DNA of 64,000 bases from Xylographa opegraphella (lineage: Eukaryota). The notes below the pieces were generated by a model, which saw only the letters and a program-made list of their open reading frames with translations, had not been told where the DNA came from and made no database searches. The translations under genes were made by a program, and so were the position numbers. The stretch lies in contig JALDZX010000002.1 of NCBI GenBank assembly GCA_022813865.1, positions 434,001 to 498,000 on the forward strand, given 5' to 3'. Shown here one piece after another: positions 12,313 to 24,361 of the stretch. Position 1 is the first letter of the stretch, and each line of letters begins with the position of its first letter.

Positions 12313-14564
12313 ATGTTCTTTGCCTTTAGAAGCGCTTCACCTTCGACTCCCTTGGCCGAGGACGCCGTTGCAGGAGCCACACCACGCTCGCGACGCGCTA
12401 GTTCGTCCCGAATAACGACGACAAATGCCTGTCATGAGTGCCGGCGGCGAAAGATCGGGTGCGATGGGCGTACGCCGTGCAAACAATGTGTCTGGTACAA
12501 GCATCCAGATATATGCTCGTATTCGAAGCCGCGGCAGAGAGTGGTGCCCTCCCACAAGTACAGTATTGAAGTTGTCTTTCTCATAATTGTAAACCGCTAA
12601 GATCAGCACAGGGTTTTACAGAGCCTCACCTCCTCGCTCGAGCAACATCAAAATGTCCTGAGGACCTTATTTGCAAACCGGGATGCTCAATCTCTCGCTG
12701 GCCTGTCTCGCGATGAGCTTGTGGAGCTGATCGCTTCTCCCTTTACTCTCAATAATTCCTCCCCCGCCTTATCACAAGATGCTCACTCCCGAGCAGCACA
12801 TTCAACGGAAGAAGGCCGAAGTCTAGAATGTCTCGAAGAGACGCCGAATCAGGATGTGGATTGGGACGAGTCGCGACGGAACCAAGAGCCCATTAGTTTT
12901 GTCTCAGATGACGTGAATGGCTTGTCTCTTTCAGTTGACCGCCAGCGTTCATATGTTGGCGTTTCTTCAATTAAAGCCGCCCTTCGAGTTATACTCATGA
13001 TCTCGCCTAGCGCATCACGTACATTCCTATCCCAATCTTCGGGCAGAGCTACGAGGGCGCCGTCCCCTGCAAACAATACTTCTTCATCCCGATCCAACTC
13101 GCCCACCCGCGCTATTCGTACGCAAGCGGGACTCAAGAAACAGCCGCTTATAGATGCTTACTTCTCGCTTGTTCATGTACTGGTTCCTATGGTCGATGAA
13201 GAACACTTTCGGCTAACTTGGAAGAATGTCGAAACTACTCAACCAGACGCCTCTTGGCTCGCGCTTCTCAATATGGTGTTAGCTATGGGTACAGTTGCCG
13301 CTTGTAGATCTGACGAGAATGGGCACATCAATTTTTACACTCGGGCAAAGCAGCTATTGGGATTAGAAGGGTTTGGTAGTGGTCGTCTGGAAGCACTGCA
13401 AGCTCTAATTTTGATGGGTGGCTATTATCTGCATTATCTGAACCGGCCGAATGAGGCTTCAGCCATAACTGGGGCTGCCTTTCGTATGGCTCTTGCAATG
13501 GGTCTACACCGCGAGTTGTCAGAAAAAGCTGCTACTGCAAATGCTGAAGTACGCCGGAGGACATGGTGGTGCTTGTTCTGTTTGGACACATGGGCTTCGA
13601 TGTCATTAGGAAGGCCGACCTTACGATGGGGCCCTGGAATTACAATAAAGCCCACTGAGCAGATAACCAATGCCGTGAGTAATTTACCTATACCATGTAT
13701 TTTTTGTGGACGTCTCTGAAACATGTGCAGAGAGGCGGCTATTATCCGAACGCGCATCTACAACTTCATATCGAAGATACACGGTTTTGTAGGATTGCAA
13801 CGAATGTACAGGATCGCTTGGCCATGTCGCCCTTTGTCGAATACACGGACCTGGATATGCTCGACGCCGAGCTGGAAACCTGGTTCAGGAACCTTAGAAT
13901 ACGAGCACCGGAACCCTACTCAGCGCCACTCCTCACCGCACGTGCCATTCTGAACTGGCGCTACTATAATCTACGGATCGTACTTCACCGACCTGTGCTG
14001 TTAAGCGTTGCAATGCGGGGTCTCTTACAAGACTCAAATACGTCTAGTCTCAGTCCCGAGGAGACTTCCGCTATTTACAAATGTCGTATCTCTGCCAGCA
14101 AAACGATCGAAGATATTGCACAACATGTACAACCGAACCAGCTTTCTGGATGGAATGGCGTGTGGTTCCTCTATCAAGCATGCATGATTCCTCTCCTAAG
14201 TATTTTCATGGATGGTACCAATAAAGAGGCAGACAAGTGGCGACAAGAGGTTGAAATAGCTTTAGAGCAGTTTGATCGGATGGTTGATTGGAGTCTCGCT
14301 GCTCGACGGACGAAGGAGGTCGTCTCGAGAGTCTACGAAGCCAGCAAAGCCACGAATGTGCCGAAGATGATGTCCGGCATGGATGGAAATGAGGGCCAAG
14401 GCACGTGGGAGGAGCTGAATGGGGGCAACTTTTGGGACGAGATGATGTGGGAGACGTTTCCTGACGACTTGGATCTGTCAATAAATGGACTCACGGATTT
14501 CGAAGCCTACCCTGATGGCGATTTACTGGGGTATTTCTTAGGAGATAACTCCAGGAGCGATTAG
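12313..14564 (+). CDS. Zn(II)2Cys6 transcription factor with fungal-specific TF domain, 3 exons
   Basis: Binuclear cluster CHECRRRKIGCDGRTPCKQC...C and the middle-homology motif MGLHRE...EVRRRTWWCLFCLD...GRP. Introns near 12558-12611 and 13675-13730. Confidence 0.93.
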
Positions 14565-17086
14565 CACGATGCGCGTGACGGACATGAAACGTTGCACGTG
14601 ATTCGTTTTGTGATGGAGACCCACATCTTATTAGTGTATATATCGGTGTTCTTTCAGATCCTGACCAGATAATACTATGTTGGCTCGAGTCTACGTAGCT
14701 GTAAATATGTATCTCAAATTCCAGATCGAAAACCAGCTTTTGATTACAATTGTTAGGCTGTACCCATAGTCAAGACTTTCCCATTTACTATTTAAATTAC
14801 TTTGATATTTCTTCGCTGTCTGGACCTTTCCGCTACTTGATTCGTTGTTGATGATAAATCGTAAGGATTATCCCCAGCCTCCCGGAGCAAATACTGAAGC
14901 ACACCACCGCCATCTCTGATGAGCGACTCGGTCTAGATTGCGACACAAATCCATGAACACCAATCCTGAATGGCCGGCTGATGGAAGAAATACCACTCTA
15001 CTACGAGAAACCGTGTTATAGATTTCCTGCTGTCCTTGCCATCTCAGTGGACATGGAAACACAGAACTATGCGCTCATATACACAGGCACTGCCGCAGAA
15101 GATCCCCGGTGGCATTGAAGAATAGTGGATCCCGTGAATAGTTCATGTAGGAATACTTCTCATCGTACGGCTTAGTGCCACAAATGGTCTTCCCAATTCA
15201 CATAACTTGATAGCGATGGTATGGAGAGCCGATATGTTATAGCACTCTAATCACAATAACAGTTCCACAACTTAGCAACTTTGATGCTATTGATGCCTGA
15301 TTGACATCGCATTGTGGATCAGCTGTGGCGTATGACTTGGCATAAAGATATCCGCCATGCTAATTTAGGTATGGCGTACATTCTAAGCAACCTAATGTCT
15401 TTGCCGCGGCTTGCTGCTTTGCTTCACTATCACAGTAGTGATGAAGCGGAATGGTGTATTCGAGTGAAGGAGTAGCATGAGACATCTTATTGATGGTCAC
15501 ACGCTGAATGGTCGGATTCATTGACTTGGCTTCATTGTCTGTGATGAAATGCGTCACTCATATAATAAGGAGACTGCAGTCTCCTTCCTGTCCTTTCCTT
15601 CTTCCATCCCCAACTTTCCCTCAAGCCATATCATTCTCCCTTGTAGCTGGCATAATCCTAGATCAAGAACTTCGCCTTCTTCAAGGCTTTGCGTGGTACT
15701 CTCCTTACCGAGTACAAGGTTCCACAGAGGTATATTAGGTCTGGAAGCCTTTACTGGCCAATGGTGCTTTTTTCTCTTTTCACATGTTATAATCCTGCTT
15801 CGGTTTGTGGTTGCTCTGAAGCATTAGCCATGAGCAAGGGACTTACTCAATTCCAGAACTGGTGGACGTGCCCCCAGCGTGACATTGCACTCTTTCCCCC
15901 CGGTGAACGAGTAGTACTTGAAATGAGCAGGACATGGCTTATGAGCTGGGGTTTGGCCTTTGGTGCAAGTTTAAGAAGGTTCTCTTCGAGGCACGCTGAC
16001 CAGATGTATGGCGGACCTGCTTCGTTCCCCCTAGTCCGTGTCCATGATTCGCTCATTTCTGCTCTTGTTGCCCGTACTTTTACTAGGTGGACGCTTTTAT
16101 GCTCCAACAAGACTTATTGGTGCGAGATTAAGTGGCTGTCAAGACGAATGACTGCCGCTTGGAAGCAGTATCCTGCCGTCGTGCGTGTACTGTTCATTTG
16201 GTTGCATGCGCAATGACAAAACCAGAGGAGGATTGCGCAGAAGACGATGAAGTCCTAGATCACGGGCAGCAGTCTAGGGATATATTGAGGTGATCGCCAG
16301 CGTGCTGAGGAGTATCGACGCCAAAGAGGGTTTTATATGCCCTGCGTTTCCCTTCTGCATCGGGAGTCCAGGGCCTTGATCCCATCCATTTCCTTCAAGA
16401 TTAACATTTTTACGGTCCCAGATAAAGGAGTATCGTGTTCATGTCACTGCTCGTTACGGATATTGCAGCAATCCCGCTTAATAAACCCTATGTTTCTCAC
16501 GCTAGCATATCTTTTGACACATAGGACCGCGTTTATCATCGTCCACCACGGTCTCTCCACCACCAGCTGCAGTTTACAAACCACACCCTCTGGTTCAAAA
16601 GTCTTCCGGTAGCTTCCTAGCTGATCACATATTCTGCTTTGACACAGAGCTTTTTGACCCTTTCACCATAGTTGTGTTGATCCAGGGATTGACTTGAGTT
16701 GACACTTGGATAACAACCATTCCCAAACTGGCTCCAAAGCGTCCTCAGGTTCTCGACAGTCTGACAAAGTACTTTGAGGATATCTCGAGGTGAAAAAAGC
16801 AAAGCATCAGCTTTGAATCTCAATCTTGAAGGTATGTTTATCGAATTCTGTGCTTTTCGGACACAACCCATTCTGGTGCTCTCCGGTCACAAACCACCCC
16901 TTTCATCAACAATCAAAAACGCGTACCTCGATTTGCATCTTGAAAATCCATGGCTGTAAACCCTCATTCAATGCTACAGACGTTGCTCATGTCTATTGCT
17001 GATCCCTGATAGGGTTGTCTTCAGTTGTGATCGCAAATTCCGGCCACTTTTCTGATTTTTTCTGATTTTTCTTGAGCTTCATTACA

Positions 17087-19847
17087 ATGCCTTTCAACTT
17101 GGCTCCAAACTGGGTCCGAAGGTTCAGGAGACGTAAGAGTTTAGACGATATCAACGCCGCTACCACTGATGGCACGTTCGTCTCTGCACGTCGTGGAAAC
17201 TCTCCAAATCGTGTCCAGGGAAGGTCATCTCCAATTCGTACTTTAGACACTACGTCTCGTATGAGCAATAATAGACCCACATCACCAACGCCCGTTCGTC
17301 GTGCTCGATTCGCGACACTGACTCGTCGACGTCAGTCACCAGTCCGCAATAGTCGAGGTTCGTCCCCAGGAGCTATTCCAAGCGTACCACCTCCATGTAA
17401 GCTTAGTGGTCTTTCTTGTCTTCACGAACTTGAATTAACTCCTTGTCCAAGGTCTGGATTTTCGTCCAGCACCAATTCGCCAGGTTTACTTCCATAACCC
17501 TCCCACTCCTGAGGCATCGAGGATGGGTCTCTTTCCACCACCGAGAGTAGAGCCAGAGGCACTTGCGGCTGATGTTTCAATGGGTCCTGGTAGAAAGGAA
17601 CACTCTTTTACAAGGGAAGAGATAAATAAGCTTTCCAAATTTCCAGAACCACGTAGCTTGAAGGACTCACCATCTACTGCAACAAGAGATCATCTTAACT
17701 GGAAGAAATTCTACCAGATGCAACAACAGAGCTCGCCAGGGGCGCTGCAGCCAAGTTTGGAAGGCCAATTTCCAGATGCTCATTCAGCCCTGATCGAACC
17801 AAGCAGTAATGTCGGTACCATGCACTCAATGGGAATTGATGTTTTCAGTCCTGGAAAATCGCTCCGTCGCTTCAGAGCCATGCTGCAGGAGAAATTGTCT
17901 CCTGAAGATCGTGATTTTGTCAACTTTTTGATAGAAGAGCTTGAGAAGTTGCCAAAAGACGAGTATGAGGAGTACGAGGATATAGATGATTACAAGATGC
18001 AGCATCCCATCTCAACTCGGCCGGAACTGTCCATCTCTACTCAACAGTATACATCAGCTTCTGGTAACTTAGGATTCCAAGAGGAAGAAAATCCAAAGAT
18101 GGCGAGACTTACAAAGAAACCACTGAAGCTGACCAAATCCCTCCACAATCTCAAGCATGACAACTTGTTCAATGTGCGTGAGGCGAGTGCTGTAGCCGAT
18201 CGTCGTTTGGAAGAGGAGAAAGATCTAGCGGCGCTGAGAAGGCTCAGTTCAGGAGAATATTTCACAGACAATACGTATTTCAACCATCTCGGTACAGAAG
18301 TCTCTCCTTTGCTATATAGTGATGACGACCTTTTGAGTGACCAGAAGGTCGACGTGAAGACACTCGGTGAACAAACTAAGAATCTGCAAGTGGCGGAGGT
18401 GAAGACACCCGGTGAACAAACTAAAAATCTTCACAAGGCAGAAGTGAAGCCACTTAGCGCAAATCCTGAAAGTCTCCAAACCCCCAAGGTGAAGGCAGAC
18501 GACACAGATTTAATAGATCTCCACACACCAGAACTGAAGACACCCGACATCACTCAAACAAATCTTCGCAAGGCAGAGCTGAAGACGAATGAAGACTTGT
18601 ATGGTGAAGAATTGCATGATCTTGAACATGACAGTGTCCATACCCAGAAGAGCAAAGACAGAAATGCAGAATACTTTGTTAGTGGAATTCGCGAGCATGA
18701 TAAGAGCATTCAGAAGTCAAAGAAGAAAGGTAGTGCTGTGCATCTTCTGTCCAAGCAAAAGTATGTCAGTTCGGAAGACTTTCGTCGGATGAACGATAGT
18801 GTTTTCCCCATACCAAAGAGTGAAAGCAGTATGGAGAGGGTCAAGGCTGACGCAAGAATATATGAGCGTACGAGAGCAGCTGCGAGAGCTCTGCCCGCGA
18901 TGAAACAGATTGAAATGCAGCGAAATAACGTGAACGTACCTGACAGTGCTCCATTGAAGCCGCCAATTCCGCAGAGAAACATGGCTAGAGTGCAAGGAAT
19001 CAACTTGAACGCTCCTGAAGGTGCGAAAGGATGGAAGCCTTTGGATTCCACAAAGAACTTGTTGAGCATAGAGCCGAAAAGTGCGAATACTTGTGCACCT
19101 GCCAAAGAGGAGAACAGCCCAGCCCTCACGAAGAATGCTACTCATGCTCAGCGCTCCAATACCAATACTTTCGGTTGGACTCAAGCGGAGAGGGATACGC
19201 TGCATAGTTCCCAAATGGCCGAACAGCGACACAACACTGAACACTACCGGCATCAGCTATATCAAGATAACAGTGCTGCATACGGAATCGGTGCATACCA
19301 GCCACCTGCACATGTCACGCAGTCTCCGATGCGCCGTGGGATGGATCCGGAAGCCCCTGTTGGTCGACACGTTCCTGCTCCGACAATCAGGAAAATGAAG
19401 TCGGAAGGATTTGCGCTGGCCCGCAATGATGCATCGGTCGTACGACACCGTGTAGCCCGAAATCCACCACCCGAAGCAATACAATTTGGTCAAGTGGTTG
19501 GACAAGGGACCACTGCTGTCCCGCCTCGACGACGTGTTGTGTTTGCAGCAGAAAGTTCAGCGGAAACTTCTTCGGGTGGTGGACCGGTACCTCGTGGTGC
19601 CGCAAAGTCAGAGGGTAAGTCAAGTCGCGCTGTTAATTCAGATTCTGGAAGTATCAGCGTAGCACCACTGCGCTCTGCTATGAGGTTCCCGCCGCCTGTT
19701 CATGGTGGTTCTCGCCGACTTTTGATGCCTGACAACGGACGTGTTGAACTCGCTGACCATTCTTTTGCATACCTTCAGCAGCGACCAGAAGATGAGTACC
19801 AGAATCTGTTCGCCAGCTCGGCAGGAGCGCGATCCAGGGGATCGTAG
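17087..19847 (+). CDS. Large orphan, probably disordered protein (about 900 aa), 2 exons
   Basis: ATG at 17087. An intron GTAAGC..AAG (about 17397-17451) joins exon 1 in-frame to the 774-aa ORF. Low-complexity S/P/R/K/E composition with no recognised domain. Confidence 0.75.
18354..18587 (+). repeat. Degenerate 45-bp (15-aa) coding tandem repeat, about 5 units
   Basis: VKTLGEQTKNLQVAE / VKTPGEQTKNLHKAE / VKPLSANPESLQTPK / VKADDTDLIDLHTPE / LKTPDITQTNLRKAE. Confidence 0.85.
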
Positions 19848-20244
19848 ACAAGAAAATCCCCTGCGATATGAAAGTGTTGGTAGAAGCGTAGGGGGGCGTG
19901 GGCAAGCAGGTAGTGGGAACGAGAGAGCGTGCAACTGAGTTGCATATTCGGTGTGTGACCGGGCTTCGTGGAATGAAGGAGGTCGCGTGAAAGAAAGCGT
20001 ATATAAAAGAGATGTAAGTTAAACGAAAGACTGGGTGAAAAGGTTAGCGATTAGCGAGAATGCAATGGCCGCCTTTCCACCGCAGAACTTTGCTGCGGAA
20101 TCGTAAACATTACTGTTCTTCCAAATGAGCTATCTGCATTAACATCCTTCTTTACTGAACATTTCCTGCACTGAACACATCCTGCAAAGCCTCTAATATA
20201 TTTTGAAACAGAGGTACGATTCTGCACATCGTTCGACAATCGTC

Positions 20245-20793
20245 ATGCCGTCGAATTCTCTGGGTAAAGAGAGAGTATCCTTGGACAGCATTGATACTGC
20301 ACATCGCTTGTCAATGCTCCATCGACATTGCCAGGAGCTCGGTTTCCCATGTCGTCCCCCTCCGACTCTCACTTTCGAGATCGAGGAGCCAAGGCCAACT
20401 ACACCACCAAACTGGATGGCCAATCTTGCAGCTACCCTGGGCCGCCCTGCCGAAATTCCACGTCAAGAACATGCCAGATTTTCCTTCGCGTTCTCTCATC
20501 GTCCTGCCTCCCTTGCTGCCCGCCCCCGACTCCTACTACCCGCCGCCGTACACTATGCCAACCTGGCTCGACTGCAGCGCAATCTTTCCGTAGGAGTGTT
20601 CGGCTGTTGTGTTCTTCTGCCACCCATGTGGCTAGTGTTTGGATATGGAGGGTTCGATTGGTATATGCGTTGGGAGAGCAGTGGCCAGGTGAACGAGATG
20701 AGCCCAGCACTTAAAGAACGCGCAGTACCGTTGGGATGGGTATATGGACTTCTTACGGTCGCATTGGTTACTCTTCTTTGCATCTACCTTTGA
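20245..20793 (+). CDS. Small hypothetical membrane protein (2 predicted TM segments)
   Basis: 182-aa ORF from ATG 20245. Hydrophobic segments VGVFGCCVLLPPMWLVFGYGGFD and LGWVYGLLTVALVTLLCIYL. Confidence 0.65.
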   Translation: MPSNSLGKERVSLDSIDTAHRLSMLHRHCQELGFPCRPPPTLTFEIEEPRPTTPPNWMANLAATLGRPAEIPRQEHARFSFAFSHRPASLAARPRLLLPAAVHYANLARLQRNLSVGVFGCCVLLPPMWLVFGYGGFDWYMRWESSGQVNEMSPALKERAVPLGWVYGLLTVALVTLLCIYL

Positions 20794-23072
20794 GTACATT
20801 CTCCGAATAGAGAACGTAAGTCGAGTCTCGTGTCATATCTGGTTTTGGTCACTAACAACAACAGGCTGGCCTTCTTAGCACTGGCTATTTTGCGTTTCTC
20901 CGATAATTTTCGTCGATTTTTCGGATTCTTCGGCTTGTCTCTTTGCGGTAGGGTCTCCGACTTTGATGGATCACTCGGACCTTCGACTTCAGTCATTCCA
21001 CAATGTTTTCCCGGACACTCAGATCGTCGACTACTAAGATTTGCTGGTGGGATATTTTCTGTCCTTGTCAGAGTCATTGAACTGTCGGGCTATCGGCTAT
21101 TGCGTTTTGGTGGTGAGATCTTTTCTATTCCCAGAAAGACCGGTCAGACCTTCGGCTTCATCTACTTCTTGTTGGTGATAGAACTCTAGCGATCTCTTGT
21201 GGGGTCTTCAGGCATTGACCCTTTGTGTTTCCTATGTGGTCAATTAAGTCTACCCTCTTCCATGTGGAATTTCCAGGTATTAGGTCTCTGTTTCCTCTTT
21301 TTATTGTCAAGTTCTGTACTTGTCTTCCGATAAATACCAACTGTCTGCCTACGTTAGGTAGTTCATGAGGAAAGAATCCTTTCATCCATCTACGTATGTG
21401 TGATCTCGTGACTCCGGTATCCGCTGCGTACATGAGGTGATGTTGGCGCGCTTAATTTAGGACTAATTTTTCACTGCGCCTATCGCGCTTGGAGCCTTCG
21501 TTAGGTTTTCACCTCTCCCTGAAACGATGTTACACATATCTCTGTGTTTGCGATGGTTTTTGTATCTCCTCTTATATATGATGTCTAGACTGTGGCTTGA
21601 CAAAGATCATTACTTTCGAGATCGACTGAACAAAGGCCAATCATACCGCCCGATTGGATAGAAACTCCTTCGCAACATTTGGGAAGCCTATAAGCATCAC
21701 TAATCAAGAACGAGAAGGCGACTTCTTCCAAGTGCGACACTTCACAGTTCTCGTGTTACCATTTGCAGCTATTATTACTTTCAATTCTCTTCCGGCTATG
21801 TGTGAATATAGAGCCCAGAAAAGTATGCAATTTGAGACGAACCCTGCTATCACTAGAAACTCCATGTTGTTCTAGTTGATGTACCTTCTGTTATCGTTGT
21901 TTCCTATTAGATGGCTACCGTGAAGAGGTAAGGTCCAGCCCATCTTTTAATCATTTAAATGCCGTCTGACTTCATTTGTGAGGGGCGAAAACACGACAAC
22001 AACAGCGCTTTAATTCAGGAGAACCATGTGTCCACTTAAGCCCGCTATATAAAAGTACTTACAGACCACGGCTCGTATTGTCACGCCTACGACAAATTTT
22101 CGTGCTTGGAGTGGGAAACGTGTGGCTGCAAAACTTTACTGACTGAATGACCAATCTGGCAGCTGTGTTCGGCTGACCTACGAGGTCACAGTACCTGGAA
22201 GTGTACCATACCAACAGAGTATGAACTGAAATGAAAGGAGACACTTACCACCAAGTTCCATTGGTAAATCACGATTATAATGTGTATGTGAGTCAGGAAC
22301 AGTTTTGCCATACTAATGTACGGAATGCTTCCGTACACCGGCAGGTGTTCTGAATAACCTACGTACGGGGGATGCTATGGTTGGGTACAACCTGTCTGTG
22401 GCAAATTTAAAATGTCTGGCCTTTCCTTCAGTTCTTCAACTACTGGTATTTTTATCCTGGCCTGAATTGAAGTCAAAAGGTAGAACTTACAGTTCATAAG
22501 AATGGTAATATAGAAAGGAAGGGCTGCTCTTGGGATGAATGGTGTGGGATGAATAGTGGAACCGCGATGAGAGCGAGTCGCGGACATCATACCATAACTT
22601 GAAATCACACATGGTCTCGTCTGCTTGAATATTATATCGTAATTCCTCAACTAAGGATATGATATCGTAAATCCTGGACCAATTTACATGCACGTTGCAG
22701 AAGCATCCTGCACGTAATCACATGGATGAGTGAAACCTGCTCCCGGGTTTTGATTCAGCTTTATCGTCCCGTGGCTTGGCAAATAGCACAATTTGATGCT
22801 ACCTTTATGCTGCGTCATGAGCAACTCCAGAGTCGCAAGTCGTTTGCGACGAGAGATTCCTTGAGCCCCAATTTCTTTTTCCTTAACTGCCTATGTCTGG
22901 TCCTATATCGAGTTCGACTTGAGGTATCTTACAGTCTAAGACTTCTTGCTTAATCTAGATATTCCCAAGTATATCGGAGATTCAGAGGCGTAGGATACGC
23001 CGAGGAGCGGAACTTCAACGCCCCCGTACACATTGGCATTTGCGCCAGCAGTGTCACTGATCTGCTGGCACC

Positions 23073-23962
23073 ATGGCATTCTGTTTCACAGTCGGCACTC
23101 ACGGTATGCTACAAGTACTTTGAAACACTCTAAGCCCGCGGGTCCGAACACAACGCTTCTCCGATTCTGTTGCGCGAGGCTGGGCTGGCTTGCATTATCT
23201 CAGACCACTTCAGGACTCCATCCAACACGATCCGAATTCTTGTGGCTACGCTGACTTTTTTCTCTCTATAGACTTCACAGGTCGTCTGGAAGGGTATGAG
23301 AACGTAACGGCGCAATGCCACAACTGTGAGTGTGGCGCTGTGTACTCCTCCAAAAATGGGTCTTGTGGCGGATGAAGACTTGAACGCCACTCATACAATG
23401 CTTTATGCAAAGAGATGGCGTCGGTTCAATATACAAGTGAAGGGTTATGAAAGATATAAGCTTACTGTCTTCCGTGGCATAGGTGGCAACTGGTCCGCTC
23501 AGATCATAACAGAATGGTTCGATGCTCATGTACTATACTACTTTTATGGCTGACAAAAGACAAGGCCTTTTTTTACAGTCTGCTTCGTAGTATGTCATGT
23601 ACAATCTCTTGTCATACCTGCCAGAATACTAACAACATCCAGCCACTCGTCCCGCTTGCCATTCACAAATATAAGGTCTGTGTCTCCATTCCTCGCTCTT
23701 CGCCTGCCCAAGCAAGTAAAAGCTAATACAGTCTACCCAGCTTGTTGCTTGTCCTATTTGTAATTTTAAACAAGATATTAGCATACGGCCAGATGTGCTG
23801 TCACAAGGCCCAGCAGGTGGACCGATACAGCAAGGGCCACCAGGACCGGGTCCGCAGCAGGGATACCACATGCAAGGGCCTCCACAAAGACCTCAGGGAC
23901 AACCTCCAGGGGGTCAACAGGACTACTATGAGGGACAGGGCTTCAAAGGACCAGCTGTGTGA
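23073..23962 (+). CDS. Small zinc-ribbon protein with G/P/Q-rich tail, 6 exons
   Basis: Spliced: MAFCFTVGTH/DFTGRLEGYENVTAQCHN/CGNWSAQIITE/WPFFTVCFV/PLVPLAIHKYK/LVACPICNFKQD...GPAV*. Two CxxC pairs flank FTVCFVPLVP, and all five introns keep the frame. Confidence 0.88.
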
Positions 23963-24361
23963 GTCTCATTTGCTTTGGTATCGGATACAGAGGTTGCGCG
24001 GGTGGAGCTTGTTTAATACTGGTCGACTTCGTTTTGAGGCAAAGCCTGGAAAATACTGTCTGTATAGGTAACGTGTAATTTTGATGACGGAACGGGCATA
24101 TATAGTTGTGGGTAATAATTCTAGGACACTAAGGTTGGGAGATCATGAATGAGATCAAATGGTCTTCCTGGGCAAATTGCTTTGATTTCATCCCTTATTA
24201 CGGTCTTGCTAGCGTAGCACATGATCGCATCACGCCACACAATTCCGCATACTCGTACAAAACGCCTTACCATGACTATAACCTCGCCTAGATCGAAGCG
24301 TTGTGCTCACGAGGAGTCAAGTCAGCTTGAGGCACCATTCCCATCCCTTCTGTCCCCCACA

